A stretch of DNA of 64,000 nucleotides, taken from the IMG/VR virus record IMGVR_UViG_3300001528_000358, one strand, 5' to 3'. Shown here one piece after another: positions 10,460 to 20,669 of the stretch. The notes beneath the pieces were generated by a model. That model saw only the letters and a list, made by a program, of their open reading frames with translations, made no database searches and was not told the origin of the DNA. The DNA is from an uncultured virus (IMG/VR IMGVR_UViG_3300001528_000358). Lineage: Duplodnaviria; Heunggongvirae; Uroviricota; Caudoviricetes. Position 1 is the stretch's first letter, and the number at the start of each line of letters is the position of its first letter. Made by a program: the position numbers and the translations under genes.

Positions 10460-10498
10460 AAAAAAATGTGCATATATTTTATATGCACATTTTTTTTT
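10460..10498 (+). terminator. intrinsic terminator
   Basis: AAAAAAATGTGCATATA...TATATGCACATTTTTTTT. Confidence 0.7.
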
Positions 10499-10530
10499 CG
10501 TATATGGGGGGGGTAATTATATACCATTTT
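10491..10530 (+). promoter_or_regulatory. G-tract regulatory element, copy 1
   Basis: TTTTTTTTCGTATAT-G8-TAATTATATACCATTTT; related copies at 43071-43111 (-) and 45472-45513 (+). Confidence 0.7.
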
Positions 10531-10601
10531 CGTGAAATTACTAAACAATATATACATAAGACGTATAAGTCGTCGAACTTATACGCAACGGGAGGTAACC
10601 C

Positions 10602-10919
10602 ATGAAAACATTATTATTATACAATAAAAATTATGAACTAGTAAACTTAATTGAAATAAGTTCGATTGTATTAAATCCTTATATAGACAACAATGATACA
10701 ATCAATTATCCCAATCACTACTTTTGTTTCAATGTCAATTTTGACAATGAAGAAATGATAATCAATGATAAAGCATATTTCATATTTATCCAAAATATCA
10801 TTAAGGATAAAAATGGAACATTGTGCGTCAACATCGTTCTGAGATATAGAATTGATGGTAATGATGAACAATATATCATAAAACTAGAAGATTTACATAA
10901 GCTTAACCTAAAATTTTAG
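10602..10919 (+). CDS. small accessory protein (G-tract cassette 1)
   Basis: GGAGG RBS preceded by hairpin 10562-10585. Confidence 0.7.
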   Translation: MKTLLLYNKNYELVNLIEISSIVLNPYIDNNDTINYPNHYFCFNVNFDNEEMIINDKAYFIFIQNIIKDKNGTLCVNIVLRYRIDGNDEQYIIKLEDLHKLNLKF

Positions 10920-10979
10920 GTTAAGCTTATGTAAAATAAAGGACCTTCATAGAATTATTCTATGAAGGTCCTTTATTTT
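10892..10979. terminator. two abutting long palindromes; the second is a bidirectional terminator
   Basis: Loop-less 44-bp palindrome 10892-10935, then a hairpin with 23-bp arms 10933-10979, between convergent genes. Confidence 0.75.
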
Positions 10980-10980
10980 T

Positions 10981-13900
10981 TTATCCTTCCAACTTAACCC
11001 AATAGTCCCCGATATTTTGTCCAGTTGGCTGAGTAGCACTATAGACAGTATCGTGCAATCTATTTAAATCGGTTTTATCTTGAGCAGTCATAAGACCAGC
11101 TCTGTTGGTAGCTGCTGCTAAAATAGTAGTATTAATTGTAATATTACCACTAGCATCACTGTAAACGGACGTTTGACCACCACCAGAAATTTTATGAGAA
11201 TTACGGATTGTGGAATCATCCATTAAGTTCAGATATACAGCATTGTTAGATGCTGTTGTAGCAGCATTCGCTGTAGCAGTAGCTGACGCACCTGTGATTA
11301 ACTTTGTAGTATAATGTGTGTTTGTATCCTGTGACGGAATACCAAGTGCAGTAATATCAGATTTAGCAACCGCTGTAGCTGCAGTAACGTGTCCTAAATT
11401 ATTAACCGTAATCTTATAAAGACCACTTGTATACGCGGTATGTGTTGGATGACTATAAACTGTATTTGTCGAATTGATAGTAATGGTACCGCTTGAATCT
11501 GATGTTACAGTTGTTGCTCCGGTTCCTTTAAATACATAACTATTAACAAGTAGATTGTTGTCAATAAGTTTCAAACAAACATTTCCATTAGTTGCTGCTT
11601 CAACTGTAGACCCACCACTAGATTTTCCTACAATCAAATTCGTTCCTGTTGAGATTCCTAACGCAGTAATATCACTTTTAGTGACTGCTGTCGCAGCACT
11701 TACATGACCCGTACCATCAACGGTTATCTTGTATAAACCAGATGATTTTGCAGTATATGTAGGGTGAGTATATACTGTGTTTGTATCTTGTGCAGGAATG
11801 CCTAATGCCGTGATATCAGCCTTAGTTACAGCAGTAGCCGCAGTAACATGCCCAAGACTATTTGTAGTGATTTTATAGAGTCCACTAGCGTAAGCTGTTG
11901 CTGACGGATGGGTATACGCATTTGCTCCACTCGCAATACCATCCAATTTTTTCTTATCTGCGGCACTAAGTAAACCGTTTGCTGTTTGAGACGCAACTGC
12001 CGTGCTTGCTCCACCCATTGCTTTTAATGCATTCGCAGGAGAAATCGCACGTAATTCGTAGCTATTCCATGCAGCAAACCAAGATGTTGTATCAAGACCG
12101 GATTTAGAATAAGCAAATGTTGTAGCTGTACTATTACTGGAATCTTTTACATTACTAGCTGTACCAGCACTATTGGCATAAGATACTGTGGCAGCATCAG
12201 AAGGGGTAACTGTCTTTGTATATGCTTTGCTATGTAATTTTGTACCAGCAGTAGCAATATCAACATATGTTTCTGTGGATGTTAATGCATCTGTCGTAGT
12301 TGTATTATCGACTTCTTTTGAATCAATCAATGACCATGTTCTACCCACAGAACCACGACTACCAGAAGCTAAGTTGCGTACTACTAATGAACCATAAGAA
12401 CCATTCAGTTTTATAAATGCGTCAGCATAAGTTGCACCAGCAGTAGTATCAATGGCTACTTGAACGAAATCAACTGCTAAATTGTAACGTGCTAACCATT
12501 TTACTTCTACATCAGATACCTGAGTAGATGAATTTGTTCTTAAACGGATAGTTACAATACCCCATCCACCACCTTGATAATCTTGAGTGATTAAGAAAGT
12601 ACTAGCTTTGTCTGTATATGAACCTGATATAGTATCAAGTTTCGCAAATCTGTGGAATGGATAATTATTTTTATTACCATTGATAGCAGAGCAAGAATAG
12701 TAAGATAAACTTGCTGTACTATTTGCAGAACCATCATATGAGAAACTTAAACTGAAGTCTCCATTATTTGTTGCAACAGTTCTCGCTGTAGCAAGCTTCA
12801 ATGCACTATTTGCAGAACCACCAGCAGAGGATGAACCTGCATAATTATGTGTATGAGTTTTCGGTGAATATGCTGCATCTGTTTTACCTTTAATATAAGA
12901 CCATAATGCACTCATAGGTCTTCTATGGAATGTAGTAGTAGTTGTTCCACCACCTACATATTGTGAAACATAGTAATCTGCATCTTTCGGTGTATCAGAT
13001 CCTGTTGATAAACCATTTATCATGGTATTAAGATCATAAGTATGGTCTTGTGCAGGAATACCCAAAGCCGTAATATCTGATTTCGTTACAGCAGTAGCAG
13101 CAGTTACGTGACCTAATGCATTTGTAGTAATCTTATATAGTCCTGAAGCATATGCAGTTGCACTTGGGTGGGTGTAAGCATTCGCTCCTGTTGCGATACC
13201 ATCGAGTTTCTTCTTATCTGCTGCTGACATTAAACCATTGGCTGACTGAGATGCTGCACTATAAGATGGTGAATTGATGGTAACTTTTCCGTTAGCATCA
13301 CTAACTACAGTAGTACCACCAGTACCAACAACATTGTGTGCATTACGAATTGCCCCATTTTCTACTAAATTTAAATACAGATTTCCGTTTGTAGCAGCAG
13401 CGTTGGCTGTAGCTGTTGCAGATGCTCCTGTAATTAAATTAGAATTATAATGGGTATTAGTGTCACTTGCAGGGATTCCAAGTCCCGTAATATCGGCTTT
13501 TGTAACTGCAGTAGCAGCAGTTACGTGACCTAATGCATTTGTTGTAATCTTGTAAAGACCGGATGCATACGCTGTAGCACTTGGGTGAGTGTATGCATTA
13601 GCCCCAGAGGAGATACCATCGAGTTTCTTTTTGTCATCTGCTGTCATAAGACCAGATGATGATTGAGATGCAGCACTATATGTTGTATTAGATGATGAAA
13701 TCGTAATTACACCATTTGCATCTGATGTGACAGACGTTGCACCACTACCTACAACCTTGTGCGAATCTCTAACTGTTGTATTGTCTAACACGTTCAGATA
13801 TACATTTCCGTTTGTAGCAGCAGCGTTGGCTGTAGCTGTTGCAGATGCTCCAACCTTTAATCCAGTTGTGTAATGAGTATCTGTATTAGAAGCCGGGATT

Positions 13901-16095
13901 CCAAGACCAGTGATATCTGCCTTTGTAACAGCAGTTGCAGCTGTAACATGACCAAGGTTGTTGGTAGTAATCTTGTATAATCCTGACGCGTAAGCTGTAG
14001 CACTTGGGTGGGTGTAAGCATTCGCTCCTGTTGCGATACCATCGAGTTTCTTCTTATCATCTGCAGACATAAGTCCAGCCGCAGACTGAGATGCATTGCT
14101 CTTTCCGGATACATTACCCCAAGCAACCGCATTAGCACTTCCTGCAGAAGAAGCATAACCAACATTATATCCATAGGAAGCCTGCGTAATATTTGTAGTA
14201 GGTAATGCGGTAACTAATGTACCAACCCATGCTACTTTTACGTTATCCATATAAGGTGGTCTGTAATATTCTACGACAGTAAGAGTATCATATGCTTCGG
14301 TTTTGAGAACATATAAATCCCATACAGATTCTGCACTCTTAACAATCCAGACATTATTGGTTACACCATGTACTTTTAAACCAGCTAAAGCAGGGTCTTT
14401 TGTATTAGCAGAAGCCCAGGCAATAGATACTCTAGTAGGTGTTAAATCCGACCGTCTACAAATAGTAAATTCAATTGGCACATTAACATATGTAGTACCA
14501 ATCGTAAATGTTGCAAGTTTAATATAACCACTCTTACCTGCTTCTCCAACGGTTTGATATACAAACTGACCAGCAGATTTCTCAAGTCTACCAGTTAATT
14601 TACCACCAGCCAAAGGTAATTTTGCATCTACAAGTCCCTTTAATACTTTACCCTGATTTGCAGATAAAGATTGGTCAGTAGCAGTAGATGTTAAATTATC
14701 TTGTACACCACGCCATGTATTCGTATCTGAAGATGGAATGCCTAAACCTGTGATGTCTGCTTTTGTTACTGCTGTGGCTGCGGTCACGTGACCAAGAGCA
14801 TTAGTCGTAATTTTATATAACCCAGATGCATATGCTGTATGAGATGGGTGAGTATAAGCATTTGCCCCAGACGCAATTCCATCTAACTTTTTCTTGTCTG
14901 CCGCAGTCATTAATCCGTGAGCAGATTGAGTTGCGTCAGAATAAGTTGTGTTAGTAGAATTGACCGTAATAACACCATTTGCATCAGAAGTAACTGTTGT
15001 GGCACCACTACCGACTACTTTATGGGAATCACGTACTGTAGTATTATCTAATGCATTGATATAGACATTACCATTGGTTGCTGCAGCATTTGCAGTTGCA
15101 GTAGCTGAAGCTCCTACTTTTAATCCGGTTGTATAGTGTGTATCCGCAGATGGAATGCCTAAACCTGTGATGTCTGCTTTTGTTACTGCTGTGGCTGCGG
15201 TAACATGACCAAGATTATTAGTTGTAATCTTGTACATTCCCGAAGCATAAGCCGTAGCACTTGGGTGAGTATACACGGTATCAGTAAATTTAGCTCCAGA
15301 AGGAACAGAAGATGCTATTGTGTATCCACTTGTTTTTACTTTTCCTTCAGTACCATCCGCAATTACAATCTGACCACTTGTTGGCGTTGCTGAAAAAATA
15401 GCTTCTTGTGCCCATGCACTCCAAGCAGATGATGTGTATTGACGAATGTACTTACATCTTTCGTTTGCGTCAGCACCTGTCAACTCCTGAACAATATATC
15501 CTGATGCACTGCGATAAACATGTAATCCAAATGCATTAATATTTGTTGGTTTATTTGTTACAGTATTAGAACCTCCTGCATAATAAAAACCATAGGTTTT
15601 AATGTTATCCAGGTTTTCATTTGTTAACTGGGTGGCTTCGATATTCATTTTTTTATCAATTTCTGTTTTAACGACTTTATTTTGTACTGGGTTTGTACTG
15701 GTTGTACTCATTGCACTGTCTACTACAGTTTTATTTGCACCAGTAGCAATCCCGTCTAATTTTGTTTTATCGGCCGCAGACATCAGACCATGTGTAGACT
15801 GTGTCGCATCATTGTATGTTGTATTTGTTGTTGGTGGTGTATATCCTAATGCAGTTGTTACATTGGTTTTTGTAATGCTAATGGTATCGTCTGCCAATGT
15901 GATATTGCTACCAACTTTTAATCCTGAGAAAGCTAATGCAGACCACTTGCTGGTTCCGTCACCAACTTTCATTCTATTATTTCTATCAGAACTAACTGCA
16001 ATCTCACCGGCAAGTAACACCGGATCTGCTTTCGCCCAGTTAGCTTCTGTATCATATTTTACTTTGTTACGTACTTTTATTACTTTATTAGCCAT
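10981..16095 (-). CDS. long tail fibre protein built from shuffled repeats
   Basis: N-terminal Mtd/hyaluronidase-N-like anchor (DTEANW...LLAGEIA...KVGDG); 8x YTHP..GLYKIT..GHVTAAT, 7x GLMxAxDK, 5x ATATANAAAT-type modules. Start is ATG 16095 or TTG 16104. Confidence 0.85.
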   Translation of the reverse strand: MANKVIKVRNKVKYDTEANWAKADPVLLAGEIAVSSDRNNRMKVGDGTSKWSALAFSGLKVGSNITLADDTISITKTNVTTALGYTPPTTNTTYNDATQSTHGLMSAADKTKLDGIATGANKTVVDSAMSTTSTNPVQNKVVKTEIDKKMNIEATQLTNENLDNIKTYGFYYAGGSNTVTNKPTNINAFGLHVYRSASGYIVQELTGADANERCKYIRQYTSSAWSAWAQEAIFSATPTSGQIVIADGTEGKVKTSGYTIASSVPSGAKFTDTVYTHPSATAYASGMYKITTNNLGHVTAATAVTKADITGLGIPSADTHYTTGLKVGASATATANAAATNGNVYINALDNTTVRDSHKVVGSGATTVTSDANGVITVNSTNTTYSDATQSAHGLMTAADKKKLDGIASGANAYTHPSHTAYASGLYKITTNALGHVTAATAVTKADITGLGIPSSDTNTWRGVQDNLTSTATDQSLSANQGKVLKGLVDAKLPLAGGKLTGRLEKSAGQFVYQTVGEAGKSGYIKLATFTIGTTYVNVPIEFTICRRSDLTPTRVSIAWASANTKDPALAGLKVHGVTNNVWIVKSAESVWDLYVLKTEAYDTLTVVEYYRPPYMDNVKVAWVGTLVTALPTTNITQASYGYNVGYASSAGSANAVAWGNVSGKSNASQSAAGLMSADDKKKLDGIATGANAYTHPSATAYASGLYKITTNNLGHVTAATAVTKADITGLGIPASNTDTHYTTGLKVGASATATANAAATNGNVYLNVLDNTTVRDSHKVVGSGATSVTSDANGVITISSSNTTYSAASQSSSGLMTADDKKKLDGISSGANAYTHPSATAYASGLYKITTNALGHVTAATAVTKADITGLGIPASDTNTHYNSNLITGASATATANAAATNGNLYLNLVENGAIRNAHNVVGTGGTTVVSDANGKVTINSPSYSAASQSANGLMSAADKKKLDGIATGANAYTHPSATAYASGLYKITTNALGHVTAATAVTKSDITALGIPAQDHTYDLNTMINGLSTGSDTPKDADYYVSQYVGGGTTTTTFHRRPMSALWSYIKGKTDAAYSPKTHTHNYAGSSSAGGSANSALKLATARTVATNNGDFSLSFSYDGSANSTASLSYYSCSAINGNKNNYPFHRFAKLDTISGSYTDKASTFLITQDYQGGGWGIVTIRLRTNSSTQVSDVEVKWLARYNLAVDFVQVAIDTTAGATYADAFIKLNGSYGSLVVRNLASGSRGSVGRTWSLIDSKEVDNTTTTDALTSTETYVDIATAGTKLHSKAYTKTVTPSDAATVSYANSAGTASNVKDSSNSTATTFAYSKSGLDTTSWFAAWNSYELRAISPANALKAMGGASTAVASQTANGLLSAADKKKLDGIASGANAYTHPSATAYASGLYKITTNSLGHVTAATAVTKADITALGIPAQDTNTVYTHPTYTAKSSGLYKITVDGTGHVSAATAVTKSDITALGISTGTNLIVGKSSGGSTVEAATNGNVCLKLIDNNLLVNSYVFKGTGATTVTSDSSGTITINSTNTVYSHPTHTAYTSGLYKITVNNLGHVTAATAVAKSDITALGIPSQDTNTHYTTKLITGASATATANAATTASNNAVYLNLMDDSTIRNSHKISGGGQTSVYSDASGNITINTTILAAATNRAGLMTAQDKTDLNRLHDTVYSATQPTGQNIGDYWVKLEG

Positions 16096-16262
16096 GACTA
16101 TCAATAACTACATAGTAAAATATTTACATGTAGCATCTCCTTTCTTAATATTCTTTGTAATAAATTATATGTCGTTATATATTTGTAATCACAAAAGATA
16201 TTAAAAACTTTAAAAAAGGAGAGATGAGTTCATTCTCATCTCTCCGTATAATAAGCTTAGAA

Positions 16263-17555
16263 TTAAGCTGCACCACCACAGTCAAGAACTAATGTGTTAG
16301 AACCATTAGTAAGACCATCTGTGCTTACTGCTGTTACATTGATGTTAACATTGCTTGTTCCATCAAAGGAAGCTGCTGTTGCTGTAACAACACCTGTTGC
16401 TCCGATTGTTCTTGCTGTTGCAAGTTTTGTTGCAGAACCAGCGTTACCAGATACAGTACCTGTTACGTTACCTGTAACATTACCAACTAAGTTACCTTTG
16501 AACTTAGTAGCTACGAGTGTTCCAGCTTCAGTATCGATGTAGATACCTGTATCAAAGATCTGTCCGCCTGTATTTGTTGTAGCAGAAGTTGTACCTGTGA
16601 TGTATGCTTTTGTTGTTGTGTTTAATGTGTTTGTTACTTTATTATCTGTAGTAACGTACTTCTTACCTTCAACGAAAGCAGCTACTGCCTGTGATGTAGG
16701 AAGATTTACAGATGTAGATGCTGCAGAAATAGATGTATCTACCTGCTTAGCTGCAGCCATACCTACTACAACGGAACCTGTTCTTGCTGTACCGTCAAGG
16801 TTTACGCCAGATGTTGCGGCTTTGATTGTTGTTTCTTTTTCATCACCAGATGGAACTACTAACCATTTACCAGCTTCTGTGTAAACGATTAAGTCACCGG
16901 CTTTTACTGTTACTGCGGCTGCGGTAGCAGAAACATCAGCGGCAACGGATGTGAAACCTGCAATTACCTTGTATGTATTACCTGTATGAGCAGTTGTAGG
17001 AAGAGCTGTTACAGTACCATCTGTACCGATTGTACCCTTGAAGATCATTGCATCAGAAGCAGAAATTGCGGATGCAATCTTGCTGTCCATGTAGCTCTTT
17101 GTTACAGGGTGCTTATCTGCTGTTGGATCGCCAGAAAGAGTAATCATTCCTGTGAATGTACCACCAGATTTAGGCATAGCATTATCTGCTTTTGTACCCT
17201 GTGCTGCTGTAGCGTATGCATTAGAATTTGTGTAGGCTGCAGAACCAAGACCTTTAACCGCGATATTATCTGTCTTTACACCATCGACTGTGATAGCAAG
17301 TGTACCATTGTTTGTACCTGAAGATAATACTACGGTCTGTACTGCGTTATTCTGAATTAATGTTTTAACCTGAGATTCAGTCATTCCGAGCTGCTTAGAG
17401 GATGCCCATGTATTTGTACCATCACCAATCTTAGCAATCAGATTAGTAGTATCAATGGCAAGTTCACCAGCCATTAAGACAAGACTGGACTTCGCCCAAT
17501 TGTCCGCGGTATCATGTTTAAGCTGAATCCGGGTTTTTAAGATTTTATCTGCCAT
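16263..17555 (-). CDS. second tail fibre/appendage protein
   Basis: Same N-terminal anchor motif (HDTADNW...LMAGELA...KIGDG); GGTFTG and SATKLATARTI fibre motifs; AAGGAG RBS. Confidence 0.82.
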   Translation of the reverse strand: MADKILKTRIQLKHDTADNWAKSSLVLMAGELAIDTTNLIAKIGDGTNTWASSKQLGMTESQVKTLIQNNAVQTVVLSSGTNNGTLAITVDGVKTDNIAVKGLGSAAYTNSNAYATAAQGTKADNAMPKSGGTFTGMITLSGDPTADKHPVTKSYMDSKIASAISASDAMIFKGTIGTDGTVTALPTTAHTGNTYKVIAGFTSVAADVSATAAAVTVKAGDLIVYTEAGKWLVVPSGDEKETTIKAATSGVNLDGTARTGSVVVGMAAAKQVDTSISAASTSVNLPTSQAVAAFVEGKKYVTTDNKVTNTLNTTTKAYITGTTSATTNTGGQIFDTGIYIDTEAGTLVATKFKGNLVGNVTGNVTGTVSGNAGSATKLATARTIGATGVVTATAASFDGTSNVNINVTAVSTDGLTNGSNTLVLDCGGAA

Positions 17556-17598
17556 AATTATTTATCTCCTTTTTTAATTATAGATTTTAATTATTTGT

Positions 17599-17922
17599 TT
17601 ATACATCTTCCACGACCGTGGTAAAGGCGGTTAATCCATTACCACAATCAAGAATCACATGATCGTTATTATAAATAACATCTGCTGGTTTTAATTCTTC
17701 ATAAATTGATTTATCACTATTCCAAGTAAACATACTAAGCGTTTCTCTGGAAACATAGAGAATGCTTGTTTTCCCCGTTTCTGGGAAGTTTGCTTTATTA
17801 GGATAAAAGAAAATCTGTTTTTTGCTCGTAATATATTGCTTCAGTTGGTCAACGAGTACATCAAGATTTTCTTGACTTAAATACCGTTTCATTTCTTCAA
17901 CTTTTGCATCTGTATCCGCCAT
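17599..17922 (-). CDS. small tail-associated protein
   Basis: In the fibre operon; FPETGKTSILY motif; ILDCG near the C-terminus as in 16263-17555. Confidence 0.6.
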   Translation of the reverse strand: MADTDAKVEEMKRYLSQENLDVLVDQLKQYITSKKQIFFYPNKANFPETGKTSILYVSRETLSMFTWNSDKSIYEELKPADVIYNNDHVILDCGNGLTAFTTVVEDV

Positions 17923-17956
17923 ATTTGCACCTCACTTTTCTATAGATTTTATATTC

Positions 17957-18436
17957 TTAATCTTGAAAAAGACTGACAATATAATCATTATCAATAGGAG
18001 TAAAACCAGCACCTATTTTTTCTTGTAAGGCTGCAATATCATTTTTAATCACTGTTGTTTCTTTATCAACATAATCTTTTGCTGAACTTAAAACACCATT
18101 GACTGCTTGAGAAATCTTTCCATCAGTTTCATCTTTGGTATAGTAAGATTCTAAACGATTTGTAATAGCCTGATTGATAGCCTCAAGAGTTTCTGCTTGT
18201 GTATATACCTGATCTTTTAAATAGACTTTAATATCATCGTCAATCTCACTCATGATAACGGATGGGTCTTTAATGTATTCCTCAATTTCATTGATTTTTG
18301 TTTCGATATCAGTACCATCACACATATAGATATTATCCGCCATTGCGACAGGATAATCTCTACTACCGTTTGCTGGCACCAATGTATTAATTACGACAAC
18401 GCCGCCTTGAATTTCTTTGTGCGTATGTTGTGCCAT
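17957..18436 (-). CDS. tail-associated coiled-coil protein
   Basis: GGAGGTG RBS; YTQAET/YYTKDETD fibre-type repeats. Confidence 0.6.
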   Translation of the reverse strand: MAQHTHKEIQGGVVVINTLVPANGSRDYPVAMADNIYMCDGTDIETKINEIEEYIKDPSVIMSEIDDDIKVYLKDQVYTQAETLEAINQAITNRLESYYTKDETDGKISQAVNGVLSSAKDYVDKETTVIKNDIAALQEKIGAGFTPIDNDYIVSLFQD

Positions 18437-18466
18437 GTTTTTCACCTCCGTTCTATATAAATTTCA

Positions 18467-19306
18467 CTATTTAATAGTGACGGATAAAGAACCAAGTCCT
18501 TCGTTTACAGAACGCCAAATATCATATGGCTCTGTATATCCTGCAGAGTTTGTTTTATCTACAGAAGAACCGATTTTGATGAAACCACCCTCGAAACCAC
18601 CAACGCTAAATGTAGGTGTTCCTAAACGAGTTGGAAGTAAGTAATAAACATACTGGCCTTCGTCAGAGTTTACACTAATTGTCCTTGCTCTGGATTCGGA
18701 TAATACAGAGGAAAGTTTGGTTTCATCTACACTTTCTGTGGTTGTTGCTACACCATAATAGATGTAGTTTGCAAATACAATACTTGTTGTCTTTTCCATA
18801 GTTGCATTCCTTTCATCAGTTGCTTTTAATGTAAAAGATGTTGTCTGTGTAATTGATGTAGGGAAAGTAAAAGTTTTTGATGTAAGTCCTACATCAATAT
18901 CTTCATTAATACCACCACCTCTAAAACTTAAAGCAGTAGGTTTTTTATTGGTTGCCCAATTGAATACTACGGTAGAAATAGAGGAACCTTTTGGAAGAAG
19001 GTTTGTGTTATTTGTGAAGCTTGTAATACTAATTGCTTTATACATTAAATCAGATACATTCTGAACTAAAGTTTTAATTGTATTTTGAAGATTGTCATCC
19101 AGATTTTCCATGCAAATATTATTCATAAAAGCTAAAATACCGAACTTATCTTCTAAGTCATAGAGTGTATTACTACCTGCTGGCAGATTCTCATTCTGTG
19201 ACTTTAAAAGTACATCTTTAGTAGTATTTTCAGCCCACATTATATCTTGATTGCCCTTGCTATCAAGTTTTGATAATTGGACATGATTGTAACTTTTAAT
19301 ACTCAT
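18467..19306 (-). CDS. virion protein with Ig-like beta domain
   Basis: Thr-rich beta pattern (VFNW...TSFTLKATD); late-like motif at 19362-19374. Confidence 0.6.
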   Translation of the reverse strand: MSIKSYNHVQLSKLDSKGNQDIMWAENTTKDVLLKSQNENLPAGSNTLYDLEDKFGILAFMNNICMENLDDNLQNTIKTLVQNVSDLMYKAISITSFTNNTNLLPKGSSISTVVFNWATNKKPTALSFRGGGINEDIDVGLTSKTFTFPTSITQTTSFTLKATDERNATMEKTTSIVFANYIYYGVATTTESVDETKLSSVLSESRARTISVNSDEGQYVYYLLPTRLGTPTFSVGGFEGGFIKIGSSVDKTNSAGYTEPYDIWRSVNEGLGSLSVTIK

Positions 19307-19428
19307 ATCACATTCTTCCTTTCTTTTAAAGTAGTAATTTACATATTACCCTAAAAATTTATTAATTAAATGTCAAACATTTTTACGGAAGAAAATATAA
19401 GGAGTATAAAAAATATACTCCTTATATT

Positions 19429-20376
19429 TTATTTAATTGTATAGGCGTACTCGTTCGCCATATCTTCAATTGCTTTCTTTCCAAAAGACTCTAAACGAAG
19501 AGCAGAAAGTAATTCAATCTTTGTTAATTCTTTTACAGATTCCACAAATGCTCTTTCTTCAATAGAAGATTCTGAGGATTCATTTACCATACCATAATCT
19601 TCTAAGGTATTATATAATGGCTGATTTTCTAACTGTCCAGATTCCTGTAAAGTAGAAAGTTCATTTAACTTGCCAATCATAATACCCTGGAATAAAGTAG
19701 GATTAAATGTTTTCTTTTCTGTAATTCCTTTTAACTCCAGATAATCATCAATCGCAGACTCTGTATTGATTTTCATATCATTGGTCATTTCATTTTCAAG
19801 ATTTTTAATTTCCTGCTTTTCTTTCTTTGCTCTAGTGATTTCAGAAATAGCAGAAGATTTTACATTATCACGAATGATACTTGTGACGTCATCTAATGCT
19901 AAATCTTTACTCATCGCATCAATTTTCTGCTGAGTGTCATCACCACTACGGAATACTAAATCTTCTGGATCCACTTCTTCAATCTTTAAAGATTTTTCCA
20001 TAAAGAAATTTCCTGTAATAGATTCTACAGATTCATAGATATCTTTTGCCGGTTTACTTCCTTTTTTAATGGCTTCCTTTACATAGTATTCCATTCCTTT
20101 TGGACATCTATCATGAATGAAATCATGAATTTCTGCGTCCATATCATCACCATAAGCAACCTTATAGTCATCATTTAATGGAACAGCGTCCTTGTATAAT
20201 TTTGCAAATACCATGTCTAAGCAAACACCATTGGCATCTTTTTGTTCTTTATCAAGAACACGCAGTTTATATTTATCAGAATTTCTGAAATCTTCATCTG
20301 CTTTTCTTTGATCTTTTACAGCCTGCACATGACCCATAAAGTCAATTACTTTATCATGTCCTGTATTAAAATCCAT
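19429..20376 (-). CDS. putative virion structural (head-associated) protein
   Basis: Structural-strand ORF with recurring xES motifs; hairpin 19392-19430 downstream. Confidence 0.55.
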   Translation of the reverse strand: MDFNTGHDKVIDFMGHVQAVKDQRKADEDFRNSDKYKLRVLDKEQKDANGVCLDMVFAKLYKDAVPLNDDYKVAYGDDMDAEIHDFIHDRCPKGMEYYVKEAIKKGSKPAKDIYESVESITGNFFMEKSLKIEEVDPEDLVFRSGDDTQQKIDAMSKDLALDDVTSIIRDNVKSSAISEITRAKKEKQEIKNLENEMTNDMKINTESAIDDYLELKGITEKKTFNPTLFQGIMIGKLNELSTLQESGQLENQPLYNTLEDYGMVNESSESSIEERAFVESVKELTKIELLSALRLESFGKKAIEDMANEYAYTIK

Positions 20377-20387
20377 TTTATATCACC

Positions 20388-20639
20388 TCATTCTTTTGAT
20401 TCTTCGAGTAATTTATCAGCGTTATCTTTCATATACTGACTTACATTAATATATCCTTTCTCGTTTGATGAATTATCAAATCCGCGGAAGGATACTCTTG
20501 CGGGATAAGCACAAATGATTTCTTTTGTATCTTCATCTGCTTCAACAACGATTGCCCAACCAAAGGTATGGAGAATCATATTGATCCACCAAAATAAACC
20601 ACTTTCCTTAAATTCTTTCCATGTTTTTTTATTTACCAT
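20388..20639 (-). CDS. small Trp-rich hypothetical protein
   Basis: GAGGGA RBS; fills the gap between structural genes. Confidence 0.65.
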   Translation of the reverse strand: MVNKKTWKEFKESGLFWWINMILHTFGWAIVVEADEDTKEIICAYPARVSFRGFDNSSNEKGYINVSQYMKDNADKLLEESKE

Positions 20640-20669
20640 AATCCGTTCCTCCTATTAAATCATTGTTTT

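Noticed and set aside
11300..15280. CRISPR-like or mobile repeat array
   Set aside because: The repeats are in-frame coding modules with synonymous variation, not repeat-spacer units.
10981..17555. Diversity-generating retroelement suggested by Mtd-like N-termini
   Set aside because: No reverse transcriptase and no template/variable repeat pair with adenine-specific differences seen; only the anchor domain is Mtd-like.
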